DNA of 64,000 bases from Gekko japonicus. Lineage: Eukaryota. Below are positions 50,029 through 62,636 of this stretch, in pieces; the first letter of the stretch is position 1, and each line of letters begins with the position of its first letter. The notes under the pieces are model-generated. The model was not told where the DNA came from, made no database searches, and saw only the letters and a list, made by a program, of their open reading frames with translations. Both the position numbers and the translations under genes were made by a program. The stretch lies in assembly GCF_001447785.1 (NCBI RefSeq), contig NW_015162578.1, forward strand, positions 38,050 through 102,049, written 5' to 3'.

Positions 50029-52092
50029 TTAGGGGGCAGAGCTTCCACAATCGCTTTGACTTTGTCCCTGGTCGGGTGGAGGCCCTCCGCATCCACAGTG
50101 AACCCCAGAAAGTCCACAGATGGCACCCCCCAGCCGACACTTTTCCAGTTTCACCTTAAGTCCAGCGTCCTGGAAACGTCGGAGCACTGTGTGGAGACGG
50201 TCTGCGAAGTCGGCCGGCGTGGCAGCGGCAATCAGAACATCGTCAAAGAACGGGGTGACGCCGGGGATTCCTTTAAGGAGAGAGTCCATCAATTGCTGGA
50301 ACAGCCCAGGTGCCATGCTCACCCCGAATTGCAGCCTCTTGACCCGGAATGCCCCCCGGTGGGTCACAATTGTTTGCGCTTCAGCAGTCGCCTCGTCTAC
50401 CAGCAACTGCTGGTAAGCCTGGGTGAGATCCAGTTTACCAAAGATCTTCACCCCTCCCAAGGTGGCCAGGACGTGGCTAACCACAGGAAGCAGATATGCG
50501 TGGTCCTGTAGCGCCTTGTTCAGTGTACATTTATAGTCTGTGCAGATGCGGACCGCCCCATTCGGCTTTTCGACCACGACTATTGGGGTCTCCCACGCCG
50601 TGTGGGAGACCAGTTCCAGGACGCCTTGAGCTACAAGGCGATCAAGTTCCGCGTCGATTTTGGGCTTGACCGACAGCGGAACCGTCCTGGCACGCATGCG
50701 AATGGGGCCACCTTGAGGTCTAGCTGCAGAGACACCGGGGGGCGTATATCGGCCCAGGGAGTCTTCAAATACAGCGGGTAACTCCCTGCATATCTCTTTG
50801 AAGTCTTGGGCCGTGCAAAGCTGAACTCCCTCTACTGAGATTCCCAGGGGCTCGAACCAGGCACGACCCAGCAAGCTGACCAGGTCTCCCTTAACTACGA
50901 TTAAGTCTAGCTGGCTCTTGAACTTCCCATATTGTACCCGAAACGTCCCAACCCCTTTTATCAGTACCCAGTTCCTCTGGAAGTCCATGAGTGTCACCGG
51001 GGATGGGCGCAACCGAGGTCCCCCCTTTGGGCATAAACGGCTCAGCATGGCCTCGGAAATGATGGAGGCCGCCAAGCCCGAGTCTATCTCCATGGTGCAA
51101 GGGGACCCCTCTATTGTTACGGTGGCCATAATTTTAGGGGTGGGTGATTTGCCGGGTAGTAGCAGTAACTTTTTAATCATCTGGCTAAGGTGGTAAAGGT
51201 CTTCGGCCCCTTTGGCATCCTCACAGTGTGCTTCCGCTCTGTGACGCGATGGTGGTGCCTTCTTTGCCTTTGAGCAGCACATACGAGCGATGTGGCTGGT
51301 CCGCCCGCAGTTTCGGCAGATTGCGTCGCTGATCCGGCAGGACTTCCTCTCGTGCTTCTCCCCGCAGCTCGTACAGTCGGCACCTGTAGTGCAGGGACAT
51401 TCCTGCCCTGGAGAGCGATGCTTGGGGCCTTTGGAAGCTCGATGGGCCTCTTGCTCCTCGGGGTCGTCCGGCTCAACTTGCTGGGCCGTGGTCGAGGCTG
51501 GGTGTGTCTGTTCCCAGGCGATGACGGACGATAGGGCCATGGTGAGGGTAATGTCTTGCTTCTCTGCAATCCGCTGCTTGAGCTTCTGCTCCATCAGTCC
51601 CATGACGAAACGGTCACAGAGGGCCTCGTCGAGGTGCGCCCCAAAGTTGCAATCTGCGGCCAAGCGATGGAGCTCCACGAGGAAGTCCGCGGCTGTTTCC
51701 CGGGTGAGTTGGCTCCGGTCGTAGAACACCAACCGACAGGTCATCTCCGATGGCTTCGGAGCATAGTGGTCTTGGACTGCCTTGACGATCTGGTCGAACG
51801 AGCAGGCATCCAAGTCCGTCGGGGAAAGTAGTCCCTTGGCTAGGGCCATGACGGCGGTTCCACAGGAGGCGAGGAGGAACCCTCTCTTTTGCGCATTGTC
51901 TGTCACCTTGTAGAAAGCGAGCGTGGACTTCACGCCACGTACCCAGTCACCCCAGTTTTGCGGGCGTGCAGTGTCGAAGGGTGGCAGGAGGCCTGGACCA
52001 GACGCGGTTGCCATCACGCTCGATGGGGCTGGTGCTGGTGCTGACACTTGGGCCTCCTGGGCGGGATCGGTTTCTCCGGTCAACTCGCTCAT
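50029..52092 (-). pseudogene. Gypsy gag-protease-RT
   Basis: Two Zn knuckles (CTSCGEKH..C, CRNCGRTSH..C), protease IDSG, RT FGKLDL..AYQQ, RLQFG, FFDDVL; frameshifted near 50120. Confidence 0.92.
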
Positions 52093-52155
52093 CCGTCAGC
52101 TGTGGAGCTGTGTGCCTTCAGACACCGTTCAGTGGCCGGGATGGCCTAGCGCTAA

Positions 52156-52173
52156 ATCCCATCCTCGTCGCCA
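52156..52173 (-). other. Primer binding site complementary to tRNA-Ser(GCU)
   Basis: Plus strand atcccatcctcgtcgcca equals the recalled 3' end of vertebrate tRNA-Ser(GCU) including CCA. Confidence 0.85.
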
Positions 52174-52174
52174 C

Positions 52175-52452
52175 TATTGTGTAGTGGTTTTAACCACATG
52201 GATAGGCCGCTGCGGTTCGCATAGCATCCTGCACGCTTCACTGCTACACAACAAGGACAAAGGGAAACGGCCCGTGGGCCAACTATGTACACAACTGGGG
52301 ACACCCCTTAGGTTCAATTGGTGGGTTTGAATCTCCCGCCAACGTCCCATTGGTCCCTCCTTGGAGAGACCAGGAGCTTAGTCCCCATTGTTCTTCCAGA
52401 GTCAAGCTCTGGGGTATTCGCTGGCCCCTGGTGGCGGCCAGCGGACACAACG
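52175..52452 (-). repeat. 5' LTR
   Basis: Adjacent to the PBS; direct repeat of 47726-48004. Confidence 0.93.
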
Positions 52453-54540
52453 CATGTTTTCACCTCTTCTGCATACTCTCTATTACTTTTAACTAGCAGG
52501 TAATTTTTTTAAAAAAAAATAGAGAAGTTAAATGTAATGATCTGTACTTTTACTCTTTCTGATATACTCATTGGACTTCCCAGGGGCTCTGTTCCACCTG
52601 ATTCTCTTATTTGACATAAAGATACAGTCTGGCCTCAGGAAAAACTTTCAGCCTACTCTGTTTTCCACTTCCTCCCTTCCAGTGTGGCCTCTGACTAAGA
52701 TGTGAATTAAGAAAGTAAAGTCAAGTTTGAGGTGTTTTTTTTTTTTTTTTTGTAATTGGGCACATGAGATTTGTTCACTAGTACATTAATAGAACTATCA
52801 TATTGAAGAGCAGTTTTTTTAACCTCCCCTGACTTCAAGTGTCACAGATATGGACAGTGAACAGGTAGGATGCAAAATTCAGGTCAGTTCCACTTATCTC
52901 CTTAAAATAAGGGTTTGCATAAACGAATGAAATGAGTAAGTTGATCTCCTTTTTGTTTTGCAATATTATAAAGTGGGGGGGGCACACTCTCCAGGATCCA
53001 AATACTTCCTTTCATGGTAAGGAGTAGTTGTTCTTTTGGGTGAAATTAAAGTATACCATTTTATCCAAACAATGGATCCAAAAGTTTTGTTTTACTACAG
53101 AACCTTCCTTTGGTGCAATCAGCCTCCCACCAGTGGAATATGCCTCCTCCAACCAAGAAAGCCTTCTTATGCCAGATCCTTGTGACCTTACAATAGGCCT
53201 TGATGTAGATAAAGACGGGGGGGGGGACTCATTATACAGCAACTATCTGCACTTAAAAAAAAAAGTGATGCTGCTCTGTGGACCAAGAGATGATAGACCA
53301 GGGTTATCTATACTAAATTGTTGCTCTCTATACATATTTTAAAATCAGATGAATAATAAACTACTTCCATAAATAATCACATCTCAAAAAACAAGTAAAG
53401 TATTTAAAACTTTGCTGAATATTTAAGAAAGTGTTTGCTATTGTTTAGGTGGAGGGGGGTGGGAAGGAGAGAGAGAGAAAGCTGTATAGTCAGAAACAAG
53501 GAGGTATTTTGCATGATTTGCTATAGTTTGCAGCTTGGGAGATGTGAGTCAAAGTGTGCCTCTATACTTAGGTGAAATGGTGGATGGCAGCAATGCAGCC
53601 AATGATGATTTCCCTTTTATAATTTTCTCTAACCAAATGGATTGGGCTGATAGATGAAGAAAAGGTGGGTTATGCTGTAGGGAATGGCCAAAAACACTAT
53701 GTGGTTTTTATTTATTTGCTTATTTTGAAATGACCCTTCAGATTCTCAGCTGCCTGCCTCCAATACACTTCCAACAAAATCTACCCTGAAAAAAATGTCA
53801 CAAATATCACAGTGAACCAGCCTGGAAAACCTATTAATTTCAAAACCAAAGATTGGAAGAAACACGGTGGGAGGAATCTAACCAGAACATAGTCCTCATC
53901 TGTAACCTGAAGCTAATTGCCCAAGGTGCCAGGTGAGCCACTATAGAGAAGGAGTAACATAAGTAAGGTGGCACAACTGAGAAGTCTGTCTCTGGTAGTC
54001 ACCCACTTAATCTCTGAAAATGTGGAAACAAAAAGCAGAGCGTCCGATAAAGATTTTGATTGACAGACAGGTAACAGATTTTATTTATTTATTTATTCAT
54101 TCCATTTGTATCCCATCCTCCCTGCGAACAGGCTCAGGGCGGCTGTATTCTGGTCCCAAGCCACTTAGTATTTTCAAGGTAATAACTAGAATAAGTAGTA
54201 GTATGTGGATGCATTTAGAAAGGAAGTGCTGTTCCTTTAGCACTGGCAAGATGTACACTCATTTGAATCTCCATTCCTTCCCCTAACAGTCTAGTCATCT
54301 GGATGTGGATAGAGTACAGGTAAGCATGAGCAAATAATCCTATTTCTCAGGGAAAGACTGTAGATTGGCCATCAACTAAAATTGGGGAAGTCACTTCATG
54401 TCACAGAGAAGACTGAGTCTCTATCTGTAGCTTTAGATCTAATAGTACGTACAAGTAGGGAACCTTCAAGCATGCAACTCTTTGCTGAATGGTTTCACTT
54501 CTTAATCCCCAATTGGCACATTATTTTATATACCTATGAC

Positions 54541-54746
54541 CACTGTTCCCTCTAAGCTGAGTTGGTGTGAGCTAGCTCACAGTTTTTTAGCCTCCGGCTC
54601 ACACATTTCTGTCTTCGCTCAGGAAGAGTGGCTCCAGAGCTAACTCATTGATGCAGTAGCCAAATTTCTTGCTCACCACTTTAATGCCAGCAGCTCACAA
54701 AGTAGAATATTTGCTCACAAGACCCCACAGCTTAGAGGGAACATTG
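54541..54746. mobile_element. hAT MITE
   Basis: TIR cactgttccctctaagctg / cagcttagagggaacattg; perfect 8-bp TSD cctatgac. Confidence 0.9.
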
Positions 54747-56069
54747 CCTATGACCATATTTCCCCCTGAAGAAGATTTCTTCACACTTGTGTGACACAGA
54801 GTGTTGGACTGGATGGACTTATGTTATTTCTTCTTATGTTATTTTGCTCTCGACTTTTTTCTTTAGTAAGGCACCACATACAATATGCCACAAATGTTCT
54901 TTTTATGAATTCTTTCACAAGGCCCTTGATTTTTTTTCTTTTATGCCCTTGATTTTTGTTTCTTTGTTTAAATAACTTTGTTAAATAGGAACAAGACACA
55001 AAAGAGAAAATAATCCTTAGATAACACTTTGTTATAAGCAAAATAAAAGTACCAAAATGAAACACAATCTACTTATACAATTAATTAATACAGTATATAT
55101 ATCACATTCTTCATACAAAGCTGAAATCCCTATCTAACCTTCCTAGTGCCTTACTACTGTTTATTCCAACCCAATATTTCATATTGTTGAGAATCATGAG
55201 ATTGGTCTGTTGTTCAGGTTTGATCTAGTACTCTATGAACAGAGACCATCTTTGACTATTAGCAGAATTCTATTCTAGAATTAGTTTATCAGGAACCAGC
55301 TGACAGGTAGAAATGGCAACAGGATATACAGCAAGACCTTACTGAAGACAGGAGGCGAAAAATGTATAAAGATATCTTAGCCACTTCAGCTAACATCAAT
55401 ATTAGTGCAACAATTTACACTGGACATAAATAACCAAAAGTAGAAATAGCTGGAAGCAAAACAAGTGAAGGCACTGTGGGCTTTAACATACGATGACAAC
55501 TTCATGTAGTAAATGTTTAAAGACATGGCTTGAGTGTTTATGGAATCTCCATTACTAAAGACTATGTTGACCAGTCAAGCATGTTTTAAGTTTTGAACCA
55601 GAGCTGACTGGGCATTTAAATTACAGGGAAATTTCCTGGTAGACCACTGCCCTAGGGAACCACTGATGACCAGGTGGAAGCACAACCAAATCCCAGCAAC
55701 TCTGCCAGATCCTCAGGGCTCACTTGGCTCAGATCATCATCAATGGTATTTGGTGTCAGTTCATCCGTTGTGTCCTGTACCACTATCAGTTTGAAAGAGG
55801 AAACAATGGATGAGCTTGTGCCCATTTCTGGAACTGCTGGGCTGAATGGCCCCTGCAGCCCTGGCTTATAATGCCCCAAGGGCTCCCCAGTTTGGTTTGT
55901 TCCAGGGCCATTTTAAATCCCGAGTTCACTCCTGTTTAGGACTTCAGGAGGACCCTTGATATGATTGCTATCATCTCTAATGTCTTGTTTATATTTTGGA
56001 CACTAAAGTGGAATGTCATTTGGCATTTACATATATTTTTTTCTTCTTAGATAGATCCTACTGGACATA

Positions 56070-57011
56070 ATGATTCAAGATAATGAAACTGAAGTTTTGG
56101 AATTCATACTGATGGGTTTTTCTGTTCATCCCAGACTGGAACTACTGCTCTTTGTGATATTCACTTTCATATATATGGCAACCCTCTTTGGTAACTTTGG
56201 AATCATTGCTCTGGCCACTGCAGATCCCCACTTACAAACACCCATGTATTTTTTCCTTAGACATCTGGCGTTTTTGAACCTTTGCTACACAACTGCTGTG
56301 GTCCCCAAAATGTTGTCTAACCTGCTATCTGTTAAGAAAACCATATCCTACCTACTGTGCATGGTGCAAACTTACATATCTGCCTTTATGGGAGCTGCAG
56401 AATGCATCATTCTGGCTGTGATGGCTTTGGATCGCTATGTAGCCGTGTGTCACCCCCTGCGCTACACCATTATAATGAATCACCATGTCTGTGTGAGGAT
56501 TGCAGCAGCATCTTGGACGTTAAGTTTTCTAGTTTCTGTGGTTCCACTCAGACTAAGCCTGCCTCCTCTTTGTGGACCGTATCTCATTAACCACATTTTC
56601 TGTGAAGTTCCTGTTCTGCTGCATATGATCTGTTCTGATACCTCCCTGAATGAACTCTTAATGTTACTGTCAGGTATCAGCACATTGATGCTGCCCTTCA
56701 TCTTGATCCTTGTATCTTATGGCCACATCATTAGTGCTGTCATTAGAATCCGCACCGCAGGGGGCAGGCGCAAAGCCTTTTCCACTTGTTCCTCTCATCT
56801 GACAGTGGTGACCATTTATTATGGGACTGGCATGTTTATGTACATGAGGCCCAAATCGAGTTACTCACCAGAGACTGACAAATTTATTTCTGTATTTTAT
56901 GCTGTCATCAATCCTATGCTGAACCCCATTATATATAGTTTCAGGAATAATGAAGTCAAGGAGTCCTTAATGAGGGCATTTGGAAGGAATGCATTGGGCA
57001 AAGCTCTCTAG
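56070..57011 (+). CDS. Olfactory receptor, family 2/13 (OR13H1-like), 313 aa, intact
   Basis: LQTPMYFFL, MALDRYVAVCHPLRY, HIFCE, CSDTSLNE, KAFSTCSSH, DKFISVFY, PMLNPIIYSFRN; acceptor ttttcttcttag upstream. Confidence 0.96.
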   Translation: MIQDNETEVLEFILMGFSVHPRLELLLFVIFTFIYMATLFGNFGIIALATADPHLQTPMYFFLRHLAFLNLCYTTAVVPKMLSNLLSVKKTISYLLCMVQTYISAFMGAAECIILAVMALDRYVAVCHPLRYTIIMNHHVCVRIAAASWTLSFLVSVVPLRLSLPPLCGPYLINHIFCEVPVLLHMICSDTSLNELLMLLSGISTLMLPFILILVSYGHIISAVIRIRTAGGRRKAFSTCSSHLTVVTIYYGTGMFMYMRPKSSYSPETDKFISVFYAVINPMLNPIIYSFRNNEVKESLMRAFGRNALGKAL

Positions 57012-57209
57012 TAAATGACTGGTAATATTGGAGGTGCATTCTTCACCAACTCCATGTTTCCAATATGTATTCAATTGTTCACAATACAACATGATCTTAT
57101 TGCACAGGACATTGAGTTATGTATTATGTATTAACATCTAAGAAGCAATTAGGGTTTTATCAAGAGTAATAAAAGGATCTGTCCGTCTGCCTGTCTATCT
57201 TTCTTCTGT

Positions 57210-57324
57210 TAAACAAATATAAAGCCAACAGTCATGTTAGTCTGACCCGCAATCAACAGTCATAAGTCTTATGACTGTTGATTGCGGGTCAGACTAACAC
57301 GACTGTTGGCTTTATATTTGTTTA
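57210..57324. repeat. Near-perfect palindrome (57-bp arms, 1-nt spacer)
   Basis: Centre at 57267; one mismatch between the arms. Confidence 0.92.
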
Positions 57325-57389
57325 TCTGTTTTAGTTGTGTGTGTCCAGATTTTTTGTATCTTTCTTCTGTGACAAGAATAAATCCCCAG

Positions 57390-59365
57390 AAAATAAAATT
57401 AGGCACCTCAAAATTGGCCACCAAATTCAGAATAATATTGAGAATTGTACTGTCAAAAATGAAGGGAACAGGGACATTCTGGCCCATGCAGTCTTCAGAA
57501 CCTCCCACTCCCTGTTTTTTGTATAGAAGCTATGGTTGTCTCTGACAGGTGCAACTCATCCAAAATAAATCTAGGAGCCTCAAAATGGGTCACCTGCTTC
57601 AAGATGATTATGAAACATAAAGAGAGTTCATGGCCAAGGTTACCCACAGAAGGCTCCCAGTGCTATTTCGAACGGAAGCTATGGTCGTCTCTAGCAGGCA
57701 TAAGGCATCTGAAAATACTTCTAGGAGTTTCAAAATTGGCCATCGGCTTCAGAATGACGATGGGAGTTGCAGTGCCAAAAATTAAGAGAACAGGGACATC
57801 CTTGCTTAACTTATCTCCAGCACCCCCCTTTAGGGTTGCTAATAAGGATGGGCATGAACCGAATCATGAAGCAAAATTCATGGCAATCTTTACCCAGTTT
57901 GTGGTACTCAAACCATAATTTGTGATGGGTCTACCATCACAAACCTCAACGAACTTTTAAAGCACTTTGTGGTGGTTTGTGGCTAGAGCAGAAAGCAGGG
58001 GTTTAAAGGGACTCCAAGTCTCTTTAACCCCCTGCTTTCTCTTCCCCACTGCTGTCCAGTCCCTTTAAAGTTAAAGGGGCTGCACAAGGAAAGCCAAAAA
58101 ACAGCTGAGCAGTGGCAAGTGACCTGCTCCTCATTTTCAGGCTTTCTTGTGCAGTCCCTTTGGGCAAACCCTGTTTAAAGGGACTGTGGTCCCTTTCAAC
58201 AGAGTTTGCTGGGGGCCATGAACTGGTTTATTTTGCCAGTGAGCCTACTAGTCTGGTTTGTGGTTCAGTTCACGGTTTGACCATGAACCACGAACCTAGC
58301 TGCATTTTTTTAGTTTGTGCCCATGCCCATCCCTAATTGTAACCCCAAAGTGGGGCTTGGTGTTCTCCTGGAATGATCTCCTGACTACAGAGATCAGTTC
58401 CTCTAAAGAAAATGGCAACTTAGGATGGTGGACTCTACACCATGACTTCCCTGATGAGCTGCCTCCTTTCCCAAATTCTGCCCTAACTTAGGTTCCACCA
58501 CCAAATCACCAGATCACCAGAAATATTACCACCTAGTGTTAGCAATCTTGGCAATGCAATTTGCAATAGAAACTAAGATTTTCTGCAGTTAACTCATTTG
58601 TAAATCAAGCTAGAAGCCTCCTAATTGACCACCATCTTCAGGATGATCATGGGAGCTGCAGTGATTAAAATGCAGGGAATAGGAAAATCCTGGCCAGGGT
58701 TATCTGAAGCACCCACCCACCCACAGATACACTATTTCCAATGGAATTTATGTTTGTTTCTCACAGGTATAACTCATCAGAAAAGAAGACTGGGGTCCCA
58801 AACTGGCCATCAGTTTCAGGATGACGATGGGACATGCAGTGCCAAAAAGGGAAGGGTATTGGACCATCTGGGCACAGATCAATTCCCCAACATCCCTCTG
58901 ATATTTGGAAAGCAAGTAAAGAGTTACTCATGAGAAACCAGGGAAGGTGCAAGCATCACAGATAGGGAGGGTGGAAATGCCCCCTCTGTGACAAAACAAA
59001 GGAGGTTTAACAGCTTCTGTGACTTATTGGAGTTTGTGTTTTGGTGCCAAGACTAAGAAGGCCTTTTGTGTACATATTAGGGAGAAGGGCAGCAAAGACA
59101 AGGGTCACAAAATGGATATCCTCCATTAAAAGGGGGGGGGGTTAAGGACATCCCTGAGCTATCACAGCCAGTGTAGTATAGTTGTTGGAGTATCTGACTC
59201 AGATCAAAGAGATCCAGGTTCGAATCCCACATTGGCTACAGAAGCTTGCTGGTTGAACTTGGGCCAATCACATTCTCTCATCCTCACCTACCTGACAGAA
59301 TTGTTATTGTGAGAATAAAACGGATGAGAAAGGATCAGTGTAAGCCACTTTGGGTCCCCAGTGGG
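57390..59365 (+). repeat. Composite repeat: ~160-bp tandem units, nested MITEs, tRNA-SINE
   Basis: Repeated ctcaaaattggcca...ttcag.atga units; shares unique junctions with 12470-13350. Confidence 0.55.
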
Positions 59366-60572
59366 ATGAGCTAGGGTATGAGATCTGTTCAAATTTGTTC
59401 AAATTTAATTTTGTCTACAGCTCACCAGCAAATAGGGTTGCCAGCTCTGGGTTGGGAATCATTGGGTTTGGTGAGAGGAGGGACCTCAACAGGTTACAAT
59501 GTCATACAGTCCACCTTCCAAAGCAGCCATTGGCTTCATGAGAACTGATCTCTGTTACCAGGACATCAGTTCTAATTCAGGGAGATATCCAGTACCAAGA
59601 ACCACAAGGGTAAGAAAGAAGTTAAATAAAGGGCCAGTAATAATAAACAAAAATACATGTATTTATTAGAAAGACAGTTAAAAACATGTAAGGGCCCAAT
59701 GAAGTAAAGGTGGCCTAAAGACAAGGGCCTATAGGGCGGAAATGTGTCAAGTCATGTGTATTGGCCCGGAACCTCTTTGACAGAAATATATATATACTGA
59801 AAACTTCATTTCCTTCTTGGGAGTTCCAGCACCTCTTTTTCCTAAAACAAACCCCTGACTGCTTAGCATAACTAGTATAAAACAAGGGGGTGTCAGTTAA
59901 AAAAGAAGGGCCTCTATAGTCCTAAACAGAATGGGCTGTACTCCCACTTGACATTTTGGAGGTCATTAATACATTGGAAAACTTCACACACACACACACA
60001 CACACACACACCTGCTTCTGTAGTTCAAGGACTGGTACCATAATAATATAATATGGACCAATTTTCATGGCCAAACTGGTCATCGGAGCATCATTGTTTC
60101 CTGTTTTAACTTGATTGTGTTTACACTTCCTTTACATGACAGATTTAATGTATGTAACAGCTATTCTGTCTCCCCAAAGATAAAACACTGCAATAAAGCA
60201 ATATGATTGCATGGTAGTTGCATTAGAAATTTTTTTTTCATGCAATGCATAGGGCTACCTCTACACTTCAGTAAAACTTATTTCCTGGTGTCCACTTGCT
60301 TCTTCAGACTTGTGGCTAAAATCCAAAAACTGTTGACTGGAACTGAAACTTTTCTTTTACTTTAGCTACTTCATCTATACCTCACTTTACCTACTTCATT
60401 CATAGCTCGCCTTTTTCCCCAGTGGGGATGCAAAACAGCTTAGTTTATATCAAGCGTCCATGGTATCCCTCACACCTGTCAAATCATAGTTGTTTCTGAA
60501 AGTTAGTGTCACTCATAGAGCAGAGGGGGTCAACAGAAAAAAAATCTTCTAATATCTGTTTTTAAATGTATC

Positions 60573-60966
60573 CAGGGCTATTTTGGGGCAGAAACGCACA
60601 GGAACGGAGTTCCGGCTGGCTCCCAAGTTGGTCATATCCAGCAGGAACTCATTAGCATAGTAGGCCACACCCAACATCAGAAACTCATTAGGACTGGCTA
60701 CATTAGGGATGTGTGGCCTAGCATGCAAAGGGTTCCTGCTACAAAAAAAAGCCCTGGGTTTTGACAACAAACAAGGTAAACAGAATAAGAAGCAAAAGGT
60801 GAGTGTGGCTGGATGACCATACTTCTGGTAATGTGGGGTGTGGCCTAATATGCTAATGAGCTGCTCTCTCAGAGGTGTGGCCTAATATGCTAATGAGTTC
60901 CTGCTGCTAGATGTGGCCTGTTATGCTAATGAGTTCCTGCTGTGCTTTTTCTACAAAAAAGCCCTG
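60573..60966. mobile_element. hAT MITE with duplicated right end
   Basis: cagggct start; aaaaaagccctg ends at 60756 and 60966; TSD aatgtatc/aatatatc matches only the outer end. Confidence 0.65.
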
Positions 60967-62212
60967 AATATATCTATATACTGTTTTATTGCAATACTAC
61001 TTTTAAGTGTTTTATTAAAGTGGCCTTTAGTACCTGTATCTAAGGCAACTTTATTGGAAAGTCTAAGTTGAAAAGTTTTAATTGCCCAATAAAGTTTTAA
61101 TTGATCCTCGAAAGATGGTAGGGTGTTTTCAGGAAACACCCTTGGGTGCCCTTAAGAAATTATAATTCACAAATAGTTTGGATTTATCGACACGACTGAT
61201 TTCAAATTAAGACAAGTGGTAGCGCTGCAGAGTTCTGTTGATTTAAATAGAATCTGGTCTTATGCAGAAGCAAGAGGAGAAGGTTTAGGTATTCCCATAC
61301 CTGCTTGCAGAACCTGTCAAGAACCTTTGAATGATACGACAGACTTAAAAAAAAATCTTAATAAATAGCAGTAATAAATGTAATCAAGAACAGTCCATTT
61401 TTCAAGACATAATTCTCAGAAACAGAACTGATGGAAATAGATGGAAGATTCCACTACCTGAAAGGGGGTTAGGTTTTAATTAATTACTTATCCCAGTGTT
61501 ATGTCAAGGATTCCAAATACCTCTTTGGATACCAAGAAAGAAGAAGAGCATCTTCAAGTGGGCTTCATCATCGTTTTCATCTTTGATACATAAAGTAAAA
61601 TATTTGGACTGAGAAACATCCTCTTTTCTGGCTTTTTAGAAGGCCATGATATTAAATATCAGATTTTAGGGGCATCTAAAGGCCTAATTCCGAGAGCTGC
61701 AATTTTTTTACTATTCTGATTTTTTTTGGTTTAATATTAATTTAGTGCAGCATAAATATACCCTTATGAGAACCTAAGAACTCATAGTCAATTGTCATTC
61801 CCTGTTCATAAGAAGAACCTAAGGTTCAGTTTATACATAAGGTAGAACTGAGTAGTCCCCCCCCCCCCCGTGATAATCGTTTCCGTTGGAACTAATAGTG
61901 ACTGCATGAGGGAATGAATCAGTGCTGTAAAACACACACACATACCCACGCAGATGATGTTTTCTATATACTAGAGTATCAGAGAAAAGGGTGCAATCAA
62001 CTCTTTTCACTGAAGAATGTTGATCTTTTTCAGGTGAAGGGGAACTTTTATTTAGAGAAAGCATTCAAATTTGCAAACTCATCTTCAACTTGAAATAGGA
62101 CAATCCAGGTAAGAACATAACCATTATCCCCATAATCTGTGCTCAGTGTTATGTCCCCATTTAACTGCATGTTCACCTGACTCTCTTATCCCTTTATTTT
62201 ATCTCTATTTCA

Positions 62213-62213
<1 letters not shown>

Positions 62214-62285
<72 letters not shown>
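62214..62285. repeat. (TTA)n microsatellite abutting an assembly gap (N 62286-62341)
   Basis: Directly visible. Confidence 0.95.
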
Positions 62286-62636
62286 NNNNNNNNNNNNNNN
62301 NNNNNNNNNNNNNNNNNNNNNNNNNNNNNNNNNNNNNNNNNACATAAATAAATTATTCTTCTACATGGAGAATCCCCAGGCACAATTGTACCAAATAGTG
62401 AATAAGGTGTTGGATCCAAAAGTTTCATTCTTCTAATAGTGGCACCTTCCTCCAGTGCAAGAGGCTTACTCCACCAGTGGAAGATTCCTTGCACCACAGG
62501 AAACTTCCAATGATAAAAGAATGGATACAACCAATATCCAATAAATGCTTGTTCTTTTGCAATCTCATAATAATTTATTTTCATTCTCCTTTCCCAAATC
62601 CATTTTTCCCCTCTAGGAAATATGATGCACTAAAAT

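Larger units (their letters stand above)
47726..52452 (-). mobile_element. Full-length Ty3/Gypsy (Mag-like) LTR retrotransposon, frameshifted
   Basis: Two ~279-bp LTRs, 5-bp TSD CATGT (47721-47725, 52453-52457), PBS, polypurine tract at 48005-48015, gag-PR-RT-RH-IN order. Confidence 0.95.

Noticed and set aside
48049-52330. Numerous plus-strand ORFs inside the Gypsy element
   Set aside because: Antisense shadows of GC-rich gag-pol; no env-like or other recognisable domain.
62146-62584. Poly-Leu and poly-Ile ORFs
   Set aside because: Translation of a (TTA)n microsatellite and an N gap.
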